A stretch of 64,000 nt of DNA from NCBI GenBank assembly GCA_964658305.1, contig OZ210885.1:22382001-22446000 (forward strand), written 5' to 3'. The number at the start of each line of letters is the position of its first letter. Within the stretch, counting starts at the first letter, position 1. The notes beneath the pieces were generated by a model. It made no database searches, was not told the origin of the DNA, and was given only the letters and a program-made list of their open reading frames with translations. A program made the translations under genes and the position numbers. Source of the DNA: Leptogorgia sarmentosa. Its lineage: Eukaryota. This document shows positions 24,482 to 38,340 of this stretch, in pieces.

Positions 24482-26356
24482 TTGTTCCACCAGGCGGTAC
24501 ACTAGTAACGTGGGATTTTCAAATCAGTGTCGCTGATGTTCGTTTTATACGAATAATCGCTCAATTAGAAAGCATTGAATAAGAATACGACGAAATTCTG
24601 CATCTCATAATTTAAATAAGGGCGAAAGCTGGTAGTACTCACTGTTCAAATAAAATATGAGAAGAGGCATACATTTTAGTTAGAACAGCATAACCGTATC
24701 TTATCGTCAATCTGTAGTATAGCTGTCTTAAAATTCATGCTAATTGTAATTTTCACTTTTGCTAAAATTATAAAAGTTTTCTTTTCAACTTACTCGTATC
24801 CGTTTCCTTTCAGGAAAACCAAGCTCAAGGCTAATACACTTTTGCTATGGAATTTAAATCATCGAAGCAAAAATATCATAACGCAAATTATGCATTGTCT
24901 TACCTTGAACACAGCAAATATTTAAGGTTATGAAAGAGGTTTATATCTTGACACAATTGCGTGTATATTTTCCCTACGATACTTTAGCGTGTCGGCACTG
25001 ACACACTGTATATGTTTGGACTGCCCGCGGTGTCATCGTGCTCACGGAATATCTACTTTTTGACGCTTCGTCATAGAGAATGTTGAAACATTTAATCCCA
25101 GGAAAATAGATTTTGTAGCTTGTAATAAAACGGGTTTGTGCGTTTATTAAGCGCGACTGCGCAAGACAAAACAAGCGAAATCATATATAGTTTCAAGTAT
25201 TCTGTTTTGAACCTAAGCGCATAGTGTCTAGGCAAATGCTACGTGAATGGACAGAATATACTGTATATAAATATATTATTATTATATGGTTTTGAAAAGG
25301 GTAATTTGGTTTTTAGATAGCCACATTTTTCACAAACAATCGCGTTATATATCGCAAAGCGTTGTCTCTATTTTAAAGACGCAATAACATGAAATGCGAT
25401 ATCATAATATGTCGTCAAGTTTCAATTCCTTACGCAATTTGAGATGTGCGAGATAGTCATGAAAGCTTATATCAAGTATTGAATACGTCTCACGTTTTAA
25501 CCACGCACAACCTAGCGTCTTGATGCGTGTATCGAAAAGCGGAAAATAAATAAGATTTGATCACCGCTGGTAACCAAGCTGGTAACCAAGCTGGTAACCG
25601 CAGATATATGTACACTTTGTGTACCTATTTTTATGTTTATAAAGAGCTATTACAAAAGATTTACGTATTGTCTATTGTCAGAGATGATTTTAATATCACT
25701 TCAATCGTATTAAAGTCGATTCATACAAGTAAGCCGACAAAACGGTTAGGCAAAAAGACCTAAACAGGAACAGTGTAATGTATATACGGTTTTTATCGCA
25801 ACTGTTCCCGTTATAGATCTTACAATATTGCAATAATAAATATATACATTACACTTAACTTTCACCAACTAACTCATTCTGTAAAATTTTCATAATAATT
25901 CCATTTGTTTTTATTGATAACATTTTTCAGTTCTAATACTTTCGATGACTACAGCTTGCGCTAAGGCAGCATTTCCTACCCTGTGGGTAACCTAGTAGTA
26001 AGTTTTTAAGGTTATTGTGATTATACATTTCTATATAAATTATATATTATCAACATGATCACCTGTAATGCAAAGCATTAAATGTAGTTCATTCAATACT
26101 ACATTTTCAAGTTTAACATCAAGTAGTGGTTGGTGTTGGCATGAAAATGTGTTCTTCACAGCAAAATCTTGGATGTTGTTGAGTGTGAGACAGTCATGTG
26201 TTTCCCAAAAATCGATTGGCTTGGACATATCTCATCTAAAATTAGATGTTACCATGTTGATATAGATACACCATGTTGAAGTCAATTTGTACCTGAATAA
26301 CTTGTGTGTTTTAAACCGGGTGATTTAATAAAAATTTTGACAAAGTTTACACTTAA

Positions 26357-27204
26357 AGAGAGGTTACAGTTCCTTTTGCGCATGTGCTAGCTTTGTTTAC
26401 GTCTGGAGACTCCACCGGATGTGTCAGTATTATTCTTGGTCTAGTCTCACTTCCGGCAATAATAAAGACGCATTTGTTTTAATTGAGGAGTGAGCATATT
26501 ATTTAAATTGTGTAATCAGTGTCATATGTCAGTGAGGAATTTTACATCTTTCAGGCACAGTCTAGTAAAATTGTTTGGGAGAAATTGTTTTGAGTAAAAC
26601 ATGGCCAGTCTAAAGTTTATCTGTTTGATTGTTTTGCTTGATGGAAATCGTTGAAGGAAGAGCGCAATTTGAGGACGGACAGAGATGTCGCCAACATGCT
26701 TCTCAACGAATATATGGCCAGAAATGTCGAAGTTTGGTACATAGTAAAGTACGAAACAGTAAAAATTAACTTACATTACATTAAGAATCAAATATTTTAC
26801 TGTTTCGTACTTTACTATGCACCAAACTTAAACATTTCTGGCCATATATTCGTTGAGAAGCATGTTGGCGACATCTCTGTTCGTCCTCAAATTGCACTCT
26901 TCCTTCAACGATTTCCATCAAGCAAAACAATCAAACAAATAAACTTTAGACTACACTATGTTTTACTCATAACAATTTCTCCCAAACAATTTCACTAGCC
27001 TGTGCCTGACAGATGTAAAATTCCTCACTGACATATGACACTGATTACACCGATTTAAATAATATGCTCACTCCTCAATTAAAACAAACGCGTCTTTATT
27101 ATTGCCAGAAGTGAGACTTCACCGAGAATAATACTGACACATCCGGTGGAGTCTCCAGACGTAAACAAAGCTAGCACATGCGCGAAAGGGACTGTAACCT
27201 CTCT
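26357..27204. mobile_element. 848-bp foldback non-autonomous DNA transposon (Kolobok-like)
   Basis: Almost the entire element is an inverted repeat, AGAGAGGTTACAG...CTGTAACCTCTCT, flanked by TTAA at 26353-26356 and 27205-27208. Confidence 0.8.
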
Positions 27205-27210
27205 TTAAAC

Positions 27211-28189
27211 CAGTGCTTCCACTTGCCAGGATATTTCCTGGCAAATGGAAATTTTGGCATCTTGCAGGAAAAATGGAAGGAAATCAAATTAGCAAGGGAA
27301 TTAGGAGGAAAATGTGTAAATTGCCAGGAAAATGACAGGAAATTCTAGTTTTCCAACATTTGATTGATTTGAAGCGATCTAGTTTGGTAATATTGTTTGC
27401 TCTTTAATTGCTAATAGGTAAAATAGTCTATATTTAATTTGTTGGCTAAAATTATTATGCAATTCAAGCAATGGGTAGAGGGCGCCTATATGTCGTGCGG
27501 TCGTGCACTTGATTGACTTCCCAGTCGATTTTCATTCGTTGAACGATTGTTTACTTACTATTGTACATTTTACTGCAATGGAAAGCGAGTCTTTTAACTC
27601 GAGTTCATCAGCATCAGACGATGAAATTGATCATGATGTGGAGCCCATTAAAAAACAAACTGGTAGTTAGCGTAGCGGTCAAGTACCAGGGCCAAAAGCA
27701 AAAAGGCAGAGAAAAGAGCTTTGTCGAAACCTGGCTGGAACGTAGCGAGTTTAAAAATTGGCTTCAGGCGAAACGTGATCGTCATGGTAAACACAAACCT
27801 TTCTGCAAGATATGTTCAAAAACGATTACCTGCTCTAAAACAGGACTTCAAAGACACCTGAAGAGTAAAAGTCACGAGAACAAGGTTGCTGCATTAGGGT
27901 AAAAAATTTGTGTCGTTAACAGCCTCTTTGAAAAGAATAGAAGTACAGCAGTTCGTCGTGTGAAGTCTATGGAGATAAAAATTTGTGCATTTCTCGCAAA
28001 ACACGACTTGGCGATATCTATCTCCGACGATCTGGTGGAGTTACTATGATCACTTTTCCCCAAGGACGATATGTTGAAAACGTTAACTCTGGGAAAACAA
28101 AAAGCAACAAATGTAATCCGACAAGTCTTGGGTTTCGACTATTTGCACAAAGTGGTTACTACACTGCAATCACAGTTCTTCACTATCAT
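27211..28189 (+). mobile_element. 5' part of a hAT-like transposon (truncated)
   Basis: Starts with CAGTG; encodes a BED/TTF-like finger (WL...FCKICSK...LQRHLKSKSH) and ends at FFTII, just before the expected first catalytic Asp. Confidence 0.65.
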
Positions 28190-28731
28190 CAGGGCCGGAT
28201 CCAGAGGGTATCGAGCGTATCTCATGATACGGTCAGATTTTCCAGATATAGTATTGTTGACAACGTCTGATATCTGTCTTATAAAATAGGACATTAAACT
28301 GTCCTTTTCTTGAGTCATTTTTAGCAGAATTATTTCGCTAGAAACAATAATATTATATTTGGGAGTACTTCCGTAAATGTGTTTACAGACTAAAAATAGG
28401 CGATTATGTGCAGAGAAAACCCCAAGGAAAACCCAGCTTTGATATCAAATGACCACCTCACTGACAGCCTACTGAGAACTTGCCGAAGATCGGTAGTATC
28501 TTCGTATAAAATGGCAGTCAATCAGTTGATACGGTCCGCTGTTCGAATTTCTAAATATGGGCATTTTTGGATACTGTAGTGTATCCGGCTAACCAAATGG
28601 CAACCTCGGATACACTCTGATACGTTGGCCTTGATTTCGTTGTGCAATCATGTATCAATGAAGCCAGCTGGGAATTCGGGAAAAGCTTGGAAAATCATAG
28701 GTCGTATTTACACGCGTTCTTGTTGTTCGAG

Positions 28732-31142
28732 ATGGCGTCTAGTGCGAACCTCAACAATGTGCTCAAGCAACTTACTGCTATTTTCCGTTGCTTAAACTCC
28801 GGAGAGGATGCTTTGAGCGAACTACGAAGACTTAAAGAACATTGCGGCCGTGTTTTGGCCGAAGAAAGGAGGTGTGCGTTTAAAGTAAGCAAAGTTCGAA
28901 GTTGCGAATTCTCCAAGCTGCAATTTCCTAAGAGCCAGAAAGATCGTTCAGGACGTTGTGAACCTGTAAGGTGAGCACCTCATTGATGAAAGTATTTAAT
29001 ATTCAGATGAATGTTATCTTTTTCCAGTTGATCCAAACTCGAAAAGACGTTTTCAACACAGTTGGCTTACTCGATATCCATGGTTGGCTTACTCTGCCGT
29101 TGACAATGGAGGATTTTGTCTAGATTGTTTGCTTTTTGGCCCAAAAGGCGTGCACAATGCTAGTAAGCTGCAAAGATTGGTTTCTTCGCCACTTCTTCCT
29201 TCAACATCTTCCAACAAAAAGTTGGCCGATCATGCTATGAAATCGAAAGTTCACGAGGTTGCGACCGCAATTTCGTCAGATTTTAGAGGTATGATGGAAG
29301 GAAAAGAAGTCCCTATCGACATACAACTAAACAACGCCCGCCGAGAGCTGGTCGAGAAGAATAGACTGAAGCTTCGTCCAATCGTCGCCTGTATCTTAAC
29401 ATGTGCCAGGCAAAATGTTGCACTGCGAAGTCATCGAGATGATGACAAGCACTATATCCAACACGATGCCTTGAATCCAGGGAATTTCATCATGTTTCTC
29501 AAATATGGTGCGTATTGTGGAAATATTATGGATCTTCTCTTCAAAGATTGCCCTTTAAACCAAACCTACCGCTCGAAGACCATTCAGAACGAAATTCTGG
29601 AAATTTGTGGCGAGATGGTGAAAGAGGTGATAGTGGAAGAAGTAAAGAAAGAGAAATTTTTTACTGTTTTGGCTGATGAGGCAACTGATTCTTCTAATAT
29701 TGAGCAGATGGCTTTAGTTCTTCGATTCCTTGATAGCTCCCAAAAGACTCGTGAAGATTTCCTTGGTTTTATTGCATGCGAAGATGGTTAACTGGGCAAG
29801 CTTTATCCCAAGAAATTACAAATTTTGTTGGTGAACAGAGTTTAAACATGGATAACTGCCACAGTCAAGGGTATGAAGGTGCTGGGAACATGGCTGGAAA
29901 GCTATCCGGAGTTGCTGCACGCATCCAACAATCTCATGAGAAGGCAATTTATGTTCACTGCAATTCTCATATTTTGAATGTTTGTGTTGCATCATGTTGT
30001 AGTATTCCATTCGTTCGTGATATGATGGACAACGTTCGCAGCATATCCACTTTCTTGAACGATTCACCGAAGCGCATACAGATATTGACGAGAGTTATTA
30101 AGGAGGTTTACCCGGAAGAACTTCGACTCAAGCTTTTAAATGTATGTCGTACGAGATGGGTGGCAAGAATTGATGGATTGAAGATTTTCAGGAGTTTCTA
30201 CTTAGTCATACTAAAAGCGTTTAAAGAGATAAAAAAAACACCAAAGGAGAGCCAAGTGTACGAGAAAGAATTGATGGTATGGTGGTTGCAATGAAGAAGT
30301 TCAAATTCCTTGTGTGTCTTATCCTGGTGGAACGTTGCCTGAAATGCATAAAGCCCTTGACACTCCAACTCCAGTCTGCATCTCTTGACGCTGGCAAAGC
30401 TTGTGACAAAGTTTCTCTGCTGTATTTGACCATCAACGAGCTTCGTTCCGATATCGACACCACTCAGGATGCTTTCTATCAGATGGCAATGGATTTGGCA
30501 AAGGAAGTCAACGTTGAGCCGAAGAGAAAAAGAGCTCCTGCTGTTGAAGTTCATGACGTTAATGTTCCATCAGATTCCATTTCTGAGTACTGGAAGAGAG
30601 CAGTGACCGTCCCTTTTTTGGACCAACTGTTAGGTCAAATACAATCTCGCTTTTCCGAGGGAAACCTAGATGTTCTTGATGCCATGTCCGGAATGCCGAA
30701 CAAGGTCGTAGCTGATCCAAATTGGAAAGAAAATTTCTTGCGTTTCCTCACCAGGTACAAAGATGATCTCCCTGATTTCAACTTCTTGCAAACTGAGTTA
30801 TGAATGTGGAGGCTCAAGTGGACCAACTACACCGAACATCTCCCAGCTTCTCTTGAAGAGTTACTTCCTTGTATTGACGAATTGTCATTTCCCAATATTC
30901 TAACCGCTATGCGAATTTTCGGCACTATACCAGTCACAACATGTACCTGTGAAAGATCAATATCAACTCTTCGCCGACTTAAAACTTTCATGCGCAGTAC
31001 GATGGGAGAGAAGAAATTAAATGCCTTGGCCTTACTTAATATCCACAGAGAAGTTAACATTGACCGCTTTGCTCAAAAGCATCCTCGGCGAATGGTGTTG
31101 GTGGACCTTTTGAATTCGGACGTCACACTTACTCAAGCCTGA
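28732..31142 (+). pseudogene. hAT transposase with frameshifts and a stop
   Basis: TTF-type finger, ADEATD, HCNSHILN, CRTRW and the dimerisation motif CERSISTLRRLKTFMRSTM; intron at about 28971-29028. Confidence 0.9.
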
Positions 31143-31222
31143 ATGAATGCATTCAATTGTGTCGACGTGTTTGATTGATAATCAATTTTCCCCTGTCAAA
31201 AACAACGTGAACATAAATAACT

Positions 31223-31488
31223 ACGAACATTTTCTCCTTTTCCTCCAAGTTGTTGTATGAAGATAAAGATTATTAACAACGAACATTTTCTCCTTTTCCA
31301 CCAAGTTGTTGTATGAAGATAAAGATTATTAACGACGAACATTTTCTCCTTTTCCTCCAAGTTGTTGTATAAAGATAAAGATTATTAACAACGAACATTT
31401 TCTCCTTTTCCTCCATGTTGTTGTATAAAGATAAAGATTATTAACGACAAACATTTTCTCCTTTTCCTCCATGTTGTTGTATAAAGAT
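31223..31488. repeat. 56-bp tandem repeat, about 4.8 copies, in the hAT 3' region
   Basis: Units start at 31223, 31279, 31335, 31391 and 31447. Confidence 0.92.
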
Positions 31489-33319
31489 ACTGTTTGCGTT
31501 AAGGGCAGATCAGTTAAACTAAGGTACTATTATTATGAAGTGAATGTTTTGAAATAACATGCGTTGTTTATTTGCAATGGTTATTTTCGTGGATCTGGTT
31601 CCAAGACAACAGTGGTTCAAGTCGAAGAATATCTGTCTGAAAACCTTATAACTCCGCCATTGCCGGTCCCAAGCCCAGATGAGAAAGGAGGGATATGAAC
31701 AGTGAAACATACCGTACAAAATATTGGACATAGATATAAAGTGTCCATGAGAGAATATTTGGTTCAGTTTACAAAGAGTTTTCTGACTGCTGTCTATGCT
31801 GAAAGATCATGGTAACTCTACCAGGTATTCCTGACTGATTTTCCATTGCCATTGTGGTAAAGTAAGCCAGTCATGAGATTTAATTATTTTAATTGCTCTC
31901 TGTCGTTCTGTAGAAATTTTTAGAATTTGTGTACGGTTTTATATTATCGTTTGTAGCGTTTTTTATTTCAATAAATTTCGGCTCAAACTGTTAAAGTTAT
32001 TACGGAAAGTTGACGAAGTTTAGACTCTGGCCTCCTGAGTGTTGGCAAGCTTCGACTGTCCTACTCCGGAGTTGAAAAAATTTAACTTAGCCATCTTTTT
32101 AGACGTTTTGGCCATCAATTTTTGTTTAAAAACCCCCCTAGAAGGCTCGCGGCTTCGCAGCCGGATATTATTCATACAGTCAGATTCTAGGCTGGATCCG
32201 CCCCTGCATGTTGTGGCTGATAGTGATGTATATGAAGATGATATTTCCAATTTGTCAGAAAGTCAGTATGAATGTTGTATATATCTAGGTGGCTTACAAC
32301 GATGCTCATGAAAGTAATAGAACAAAGAGGTATTTGCAATTTTGTAAAATTTTAATTGTAAACAGAAATTTTTTATCTAACATGGCAGCAGACTGTTGTT
32401 TTTAAAAATCAACAACTTTTTGATATATCAAAAAAATATTTTAATAAGTAACATTAATAATGGCAATAAATTTTTCAATGGCTATGAATATAATGATGAT
32501 TTTTTGGATAGTTTCATGTGTGACCCATGTCATTAATTCCGGAAATATATAGCCTAGCAGCTAGAATATTATATGCCATCCGCCTATGATGGCCACCATA
32601 GCTTAATTGACTGAATTGTGACTTGTAATGAAATTTGCATTTGAGGTATCAACCCAAGACTTGCAGAATAGCTATCACAATGGTAAAGTTGAATAAAATA
32701 ATGCTTTTTTGTTGCATTACCCGAACTAGAAATATGTGCATGTAGTAACCCTCACCATTTCAAACAATAAGTACATGTGATACCAATAAGTGCTCAAAAC
32801 AGTTTGAAAATGCTAAGCAAATATAAGGTATAATAAAAGTGTGCATTACACTTAAAAACCAATAATAAAGATTTAAGATTATGGTTAGTCCTAGTTCACC
32901 TTGTTGTCTAATTGGTTTTAAAATGTTTAATTATAGAATCAAATCCAGACAGCAACACTGCAATTGATCAGGGTGAGGTCAATGATCACCATGATGGTAA
33001 TTATGTTTGTCAGTTTGTGTGATTTGAATTTTGACCTTCGTCTATGAAAATGAAATGGGTTTTAAAATTATTTAATTATAGAATCAAGTAGAATCAGCAA
33101 TGTTGCAATGCTGGAGGAAGAGGTCAATGATCATCATGATGGTAATTATGTTTGTCTGTTTTTTAACACAGATGATAAAATCAAAGTTATTGTGGTGGGA
33201 TTTAAACTCTCACTTTTGTTCATAAAAATGAGATTATAAATGAAATCAGCTTTTCATATCGCTGAGGATGATAGAATGAATTTGAAACACTGCGTTGTCC
33301 TCCAAGACAAGCTTTAACG

Positions 33320-33500
33320 ACTTAGACAGATAGATAGTCTAGATTCTAGAAACCCGAAGCTGGGAGTTCAAATCCCGCTCGGGCTGATCAATATTGCCAT
33401 ACCTTAAATAAACTGAGCATGAAGTCGAGCATTGAGAAATAGTATACTATATAAATTATTTGCTACTATTATTATTATAAATTATATTACTACTATTATT
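33320..33500 (+). mobile_element. Possible tRNA-derived SINE remnant
   Basis: B-box-like GGAGTTCAAATCCC with a degraded A box and a downstream (TAT/TAC)n tail. Confidence 0.35.
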
Positions 33501-33726
33501 ATTACTTTCATTTACTAGATGGAGAAAAAGGAGGCTCGAAAGCAACCCTCTGACCCATCATCAGAAAAGGGGCCACCTTCCTCAAAAAAGCAGCGGGCAA
33601 CAAGAGTTTCTTCAGAGGCTTGGACCTCTTCAAGCACAGGACCACCAAACGGAACAGCACCACGGACCACAAAAAGGATAACTTCTGCAACCAGACTTCA
33701 GTGAAAAGACCACCAACTGTCAGAGT

Positions 33727-33752
33727 TCTTAGCCAAAAGGCCGAGAAGCAAT
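33727..33752 (-). ncRNA. RNU2: U2 snRNA 5' fragment (nt 1-26)
   Basis: Reverse complement reads ATTGCTTCTCGGCCTTTTGGCTAAGA. The upstream 45 bp is homologous to that of the U2 fragment at 57645. Confidence 0.85.
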
Positions 33753-34111
33753 GCCTTCTTCGCCATTCCACGCCATCTTTTAAGCGGAAAAGCAAGGTGA
33801 TCGATCGATCTCTCGGACTGCACCGTGTTTGCACGTTCCGACAATTGTCGACCATATTCAATAAGAGTTTAGGAAAAAATCAATTAATGTAAATCTCATG
33901 AACAAAGATGCTGCTTTGTTAGTGAGCAAGCGAGCCACACAAAACTACATTCAACACATGAATGCTAGGGCGCTGCTTACCATACAAGTATAATTTGTGG
34001 TCGGTCATCCGCACTGAATATGTCAAAAAATCTCCTGCCAAAAGGCAAGAATAATTTGTTAGAATTTTGAACTGATAGTGAGAAATCTTCCCCCAATAAT
34101 GAAATTGGGGG

Positions 34112-34263
34112 AAGTGGGCCTTACTCGGAGGTAGTGCAATACCGAGACAACCTGTGGCCAGGGCGAAGCAAGCTTCAATCCCATGGCCGAGGTCCAAAAA
34201 TCAGTTTAATATATGAGTTAGGACATTGCCTAACATATCAGACATTAAGCTGATAAGAACAGA
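34112..34263 (-). ncRNA. RNU2: U2 snRNA 3' part (nt 39 to end), disrupted gene
   Basis: TCTGTTCTTATCAGCTTAATGTCTGATA, Sm site GATTTTTGG and stem-loop IV GGTATTGCACTACC. Confidence 0.93.
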
Positions 34264-36940
34264 TTGTAACAAATTTATTCAAAACAATAATTAAATATTT
34301 ACATTTCTAGATAATTACTATATAAGCAGGCTATAAACACAGCTGTTAAATTATACGTACAAAGTGAGAAATTGCTGATCTCATTAGAGAAGGATGATCG
34401 ACTGGATTGTTCAATCCTTAATTGACTATTATCAATGTTTGAGAATATTATATTATTGTTCGTATTGTAGTTCATGTGATCGGAATGATTTAAGATATCA
34501 CTTATGGTGTGATATACGCATTAACTAAGAAAGGACAACAAATAAATAGAATTTCTTTTTACATGAGTTGATGATGATATAAGATTAGTATAATAATTAT
34601 ATTATATATGTGAGTTCCATTTAGTCTAAATTTTGATGGTCCATGTGGTGGTAGTTCTGCAGAACCACGAATCACATCCGAGCAGCAGAGTTTCCTGAAG
34701 AGGGACTTGTAGGATTGGGACATTTGTAATTGGTTTAGGACCGCCTCATTATTGGGATGCCAAGAGCTGAGGGCACTGATTACAAAACCAAACATGTTGC
34801 ATTTCATACCTTGTTGATGGAAAAAGGTTTTGAGGTGATTATACTTGTTGACTTTGTTAAGGTCAGCGGTGGAGAGAGCGTCCTCACTATTGTCAAACGG
34901 GGAAGTCACATCTATAACAGTAACTTCATTGTCCTTGGAGATGACGATGTCAGGTCTGCATTCATCTTGAAACCCCGGGATTTGCTGGTCTATGTGAACT
35001 GATCCATATCTGATGGCTTTTTGAAGACATTCGACTATGATGTTGTACCTTTCGCGAATGAGAACCATGTTGGAATCACAGTGGCAGATGATATGGGGGA
35101 GCGTTTCAGTTTGAGAGTTGTACACACGACACAGGTTAGAACAATCGGACCAATGGGATTTGTTTTGGTTTGAAGGTACGACATTCAATCTAGCGCGGTG
35201 AACAAATCGCCAATCCTTAAAACGGAGATTAAGGCCAGTGAACATCCATGAGGAGCCATTGCTGAAGGCATCTTTAACTAGAGCACAAGCAACTTTTCCT
35301 TGGTCAGGGGGGGACATCAATTTGGCCGACGCGTTGTCTTGGATAAGATGATGGAAGAAAGCTGAGCAATTTTTGGCAAGACAGGGGCCTTTGGAGTCGG
35401 TGGAGATGGATGGTGCTTTATTGTCGGGGACGTTGAAGGTGATGCCAAGTCTGTGACATGCTGTTCTAGCTCTAGTCCAGAGGGAGTGTGTTCGGTATCT
35501 AATGCGTGAAGGGTGGAATTTGCCACGTCTTGAGCCAGATAGAAATTCGCCAGTTAGGGAAGGAGATGGATCGGCTTGGGCAGCAAACCTAACGGATTTG
35601 AGAAGTTCACCTTTGGCAACAGCACTGACGAACGGATCAGAGGACGATAGCATTTTCATAGCTTGAACGATTGTTTGGGCGTCGACTTCAAGAAGAGGAT
35701 CTTGAAAACCAAGGCCACCAACTCGGGAAGAAGCAAAGATGATGTATGAGGTTGCTCTTAGGGGAAGGTTGCAGATGGATCTAACAGTTTCGATTAGTTT
35801 CTTCTTGTATTTGGTGAGTGATTGTTTTTGGGGTTCACCAGCGCGAAGGGCAAAGGTTAGACATGGTTGTATAAATGTTCTTATGCAGTCAAGTTTTTGC
35901 CATGGGGCCAATAGTGAAGACTGGATTCTGTCAAGATCGATACAGAAATCATCAACCAACGATTCTAGGGACTGGACATCACAGAGCATGCCAATGGGAA
36001 CACCAAGATATCGATAGTGTTCATGTTCTTTCAGGCAGGGAATAGTTTTGTTTTGGACTCGGAGTTGGTTCAGTTCGATGTTGTTAGGGTACTTCTTGTT
36101 GTAAGTCATACTTAATGACGCACACTTATCTTGATGGAAAGACAAACCAATTGCGACATCAAGGAGTTGTTGGAGTTTCTCCTTCGTTTTAGTGATTATT
36201 ATGAGGTCGTCGGCATATGCAAGAACTGAGATTTTGCCATTGTGATGTTTAGTTGGACCGATCTGGTGACCTTTAAACGAAATGGCATGGAGGATGATTT
36301 TAATACACAGGTTGAACAGTATAGGAAACAGTGTGGGCAGCCTTGCTTTTTACGCCAGCTTTGATGGGAATGCTGAGGGTGGAACCAACGGGGGTACGGA
36401 CTTCAGTGGATGCATTTGTGTAAACGTTTTTAATAAGGTTTACAATTGAGTCAGGGATACCAAGGTGGGATAAGGTGATCTCAATGACATCGTGAGGTAT
36501 ACTACCAAATGCATTACGTAAATCGAGCCAAGCAAGGAAAAGATTCTTTTGGTGGTGTTTGGCGTCAAGTACCAGTGACTGTAGGATGTAGGTATGTTCG
36601 TAGCAACCTTCTGTCAGACGAGCGCATTTCTGTGAAGGTTTTTTAAAGTGACAGCTGAGATGATTATAGTTTAGTACAATAGAATTACATAGGTAACAAT
36701 AGAAACTTCTGTTCTCAGGGTATTCACGAACAACAGATACAGACTTGACATTAGGAAACGAATGGAAATCTTGCAGAGATGGAGCTGACTCCAAGTTTGG
36801 GGCCAGTGTAGAGGTCCATACTGAGGCGTGAATTTGGCAATACAATGTGGCTGACTATTAAAATTGGTTTGACTAATTTGGTATACAATTTTTACTAGAT
36901 ATGTTAGCCACAGGAAGTGGAGAGGCAGATGAGGCGACAA
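34264..36940 (-). mobile_element. Utopia-like (U2-targeting, NeSL/R2-group RLE) non-LTR retrotransposon, copy 1, internally deleted
   Basis: N-terminal C2H2-like finger, RT (WLDLRNAFGS, AYADD), degenerate CCHC and RLE (RPDIV...IDVT..F). The 3' end AATAAA is joined to U2 nt 39. Confidence 0.88.
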
Positions 36941-36949
36941 TGCACAAGT

Positions 36950-38335
36950 CATTGCCGGTAAGGCCCCTGTCGAGAGATTGCCACGCCCGAAAGATGATAC
37001 GATAAAACTCGGGCAAGGCTCTCAAACGACGTTGGGAAAAAGAAGATAAGAGGGCCTCGCGAGGCTCGCAACCAAGTGAGGCAGAAACAAAATGGGTAAA
37101 AAAGTCCTTCCATTTGCCACGATCTTCGGTGAAGAAGCGTTTTACCCATTGAAGGGCAAAAGCATCTGCCTTGAGTTGGAAATCGATAACTCCAAATCCA
37201 CCCTTGGATTTGGGAAGGCAGACAACTTTGCGGCAACAAGATCACATTTACCAGACCAGAAGAACCGCCAAACAGCCTTATGAATCCTCTGAACCGCCCA
37301 CTTTGGAACAGGGAAGACGTGACACAAATGCCATATCTGGGACAAGGCCAGGGTGTTGATAATGGTAGCCTTGCCCAGAACGTACAATAACAGAGAAAGT
37401 GGACAACCCTGCCGCACACCCTGTGAAGGGCGAAAAAAGGAGGAGGTCCAGCCATTGATGACACCAGCTGATTCAACGTCTGAGTAAAACAACTTTACCC
37501 ATCGGCAAAAATCCGGACCAAAATTCATGGTGTCTAGAGTCCGTAAAAGAAAACCCTAATCTACCCAATCAAATGCTTTCTCTTGATCCAAAGAGAGCAG
37601 AGCGAGGGGAATGTCCTCACGCTCGGAATACTCAATGAGATCCCGGATCAGAAAGAGGTTCTCTGAGATAGTACGGCCTGGAACACCGCATGTCTGATCT
37701 GGCCCCATAACAGACCCGAATACGGCTAGGAGACGACCCGAAATAGCTCGAGTAGCTATTTTATAGTCGGCATTGAGCAGACTAATCAGCCGCCAGTTCT
37801 TTGTCTCCAAGCGGTCATTCTTTTTGTATAATACAATGATCAGACCTCGACGCTGAGAGGTGGAAAGCTGGCCGGCCTCGTAAGCAACGTTGAGGACGTG
37901 AACCAGATCAGCACCAAGGCATGACCAAAACTTGAGGTAAAACTCCATGGGAAAGCCATCGGAACCCAGAGAGTCTGGTATTCATTGTCCATTTTAGTGC
38001 CAGGTTCGTCAGGTGGTGGTCTTGGGAAAGTTTCCAGGCTAGTGGTGGGCCACGTGCGAGCTGCTCGATGGTAGTGAGGAGCAACGGTGGGAGTGGGGAA
38101 ACGGAGGCGCCAAGGATACCCCGTTTGCAACCGGAAACCCAGTTCCGGCTACTCTCGCCGGTCATATGCCCGAAGCCTGAAGCCGGTGAGGCCTTCAGCT
38201 TGGACATACTCCCTTTCAGAGTAAGCCGACAGGACTCTTCTTCAACTTCCTCTTCTTGCTTGTTCAGGGCCTTCTTTCTTCTTTTCCGCGGTTAGTCAGC
38301 TGCCTCTTCTTTCTTCCCAAAGGTCTTCGGTTCTT
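36950..38335 (-). mobile_element. Tx1-clade LINE, internally deleted
   Basis: EFYLKFW...LSTSQRRGLI.LYKK...KNWRLISLLNADYKI, DQTCGVPGR, SLDQEKAFD and GVRQGCPLS motifs; 5' region near 38300. Confidence 0.85.
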
Positions 38336-38340
38336 ATAAA

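Larger units (their letters stand above)
28190..32206 (+). mobile_element. hAT transposon (THAP12/ZMYM1-like transposase), degenerate
   Basis: 15-bp TIRs CAGGGCCGGATCCAG / CTGGATCCGCCCCTG; no 8-bp TSD. Confidence 0.85.

Noticed and set aside
32915..33156. Two diverged ~100-bp direct repeats
   Set aside because: Old local duplication with no coding or structural signal.
33508..33892. Short overlapping ORFs near the U2 fragment
   Set aside because: Low-complexity, no motifs, and they cross unrelated sequence junctions.
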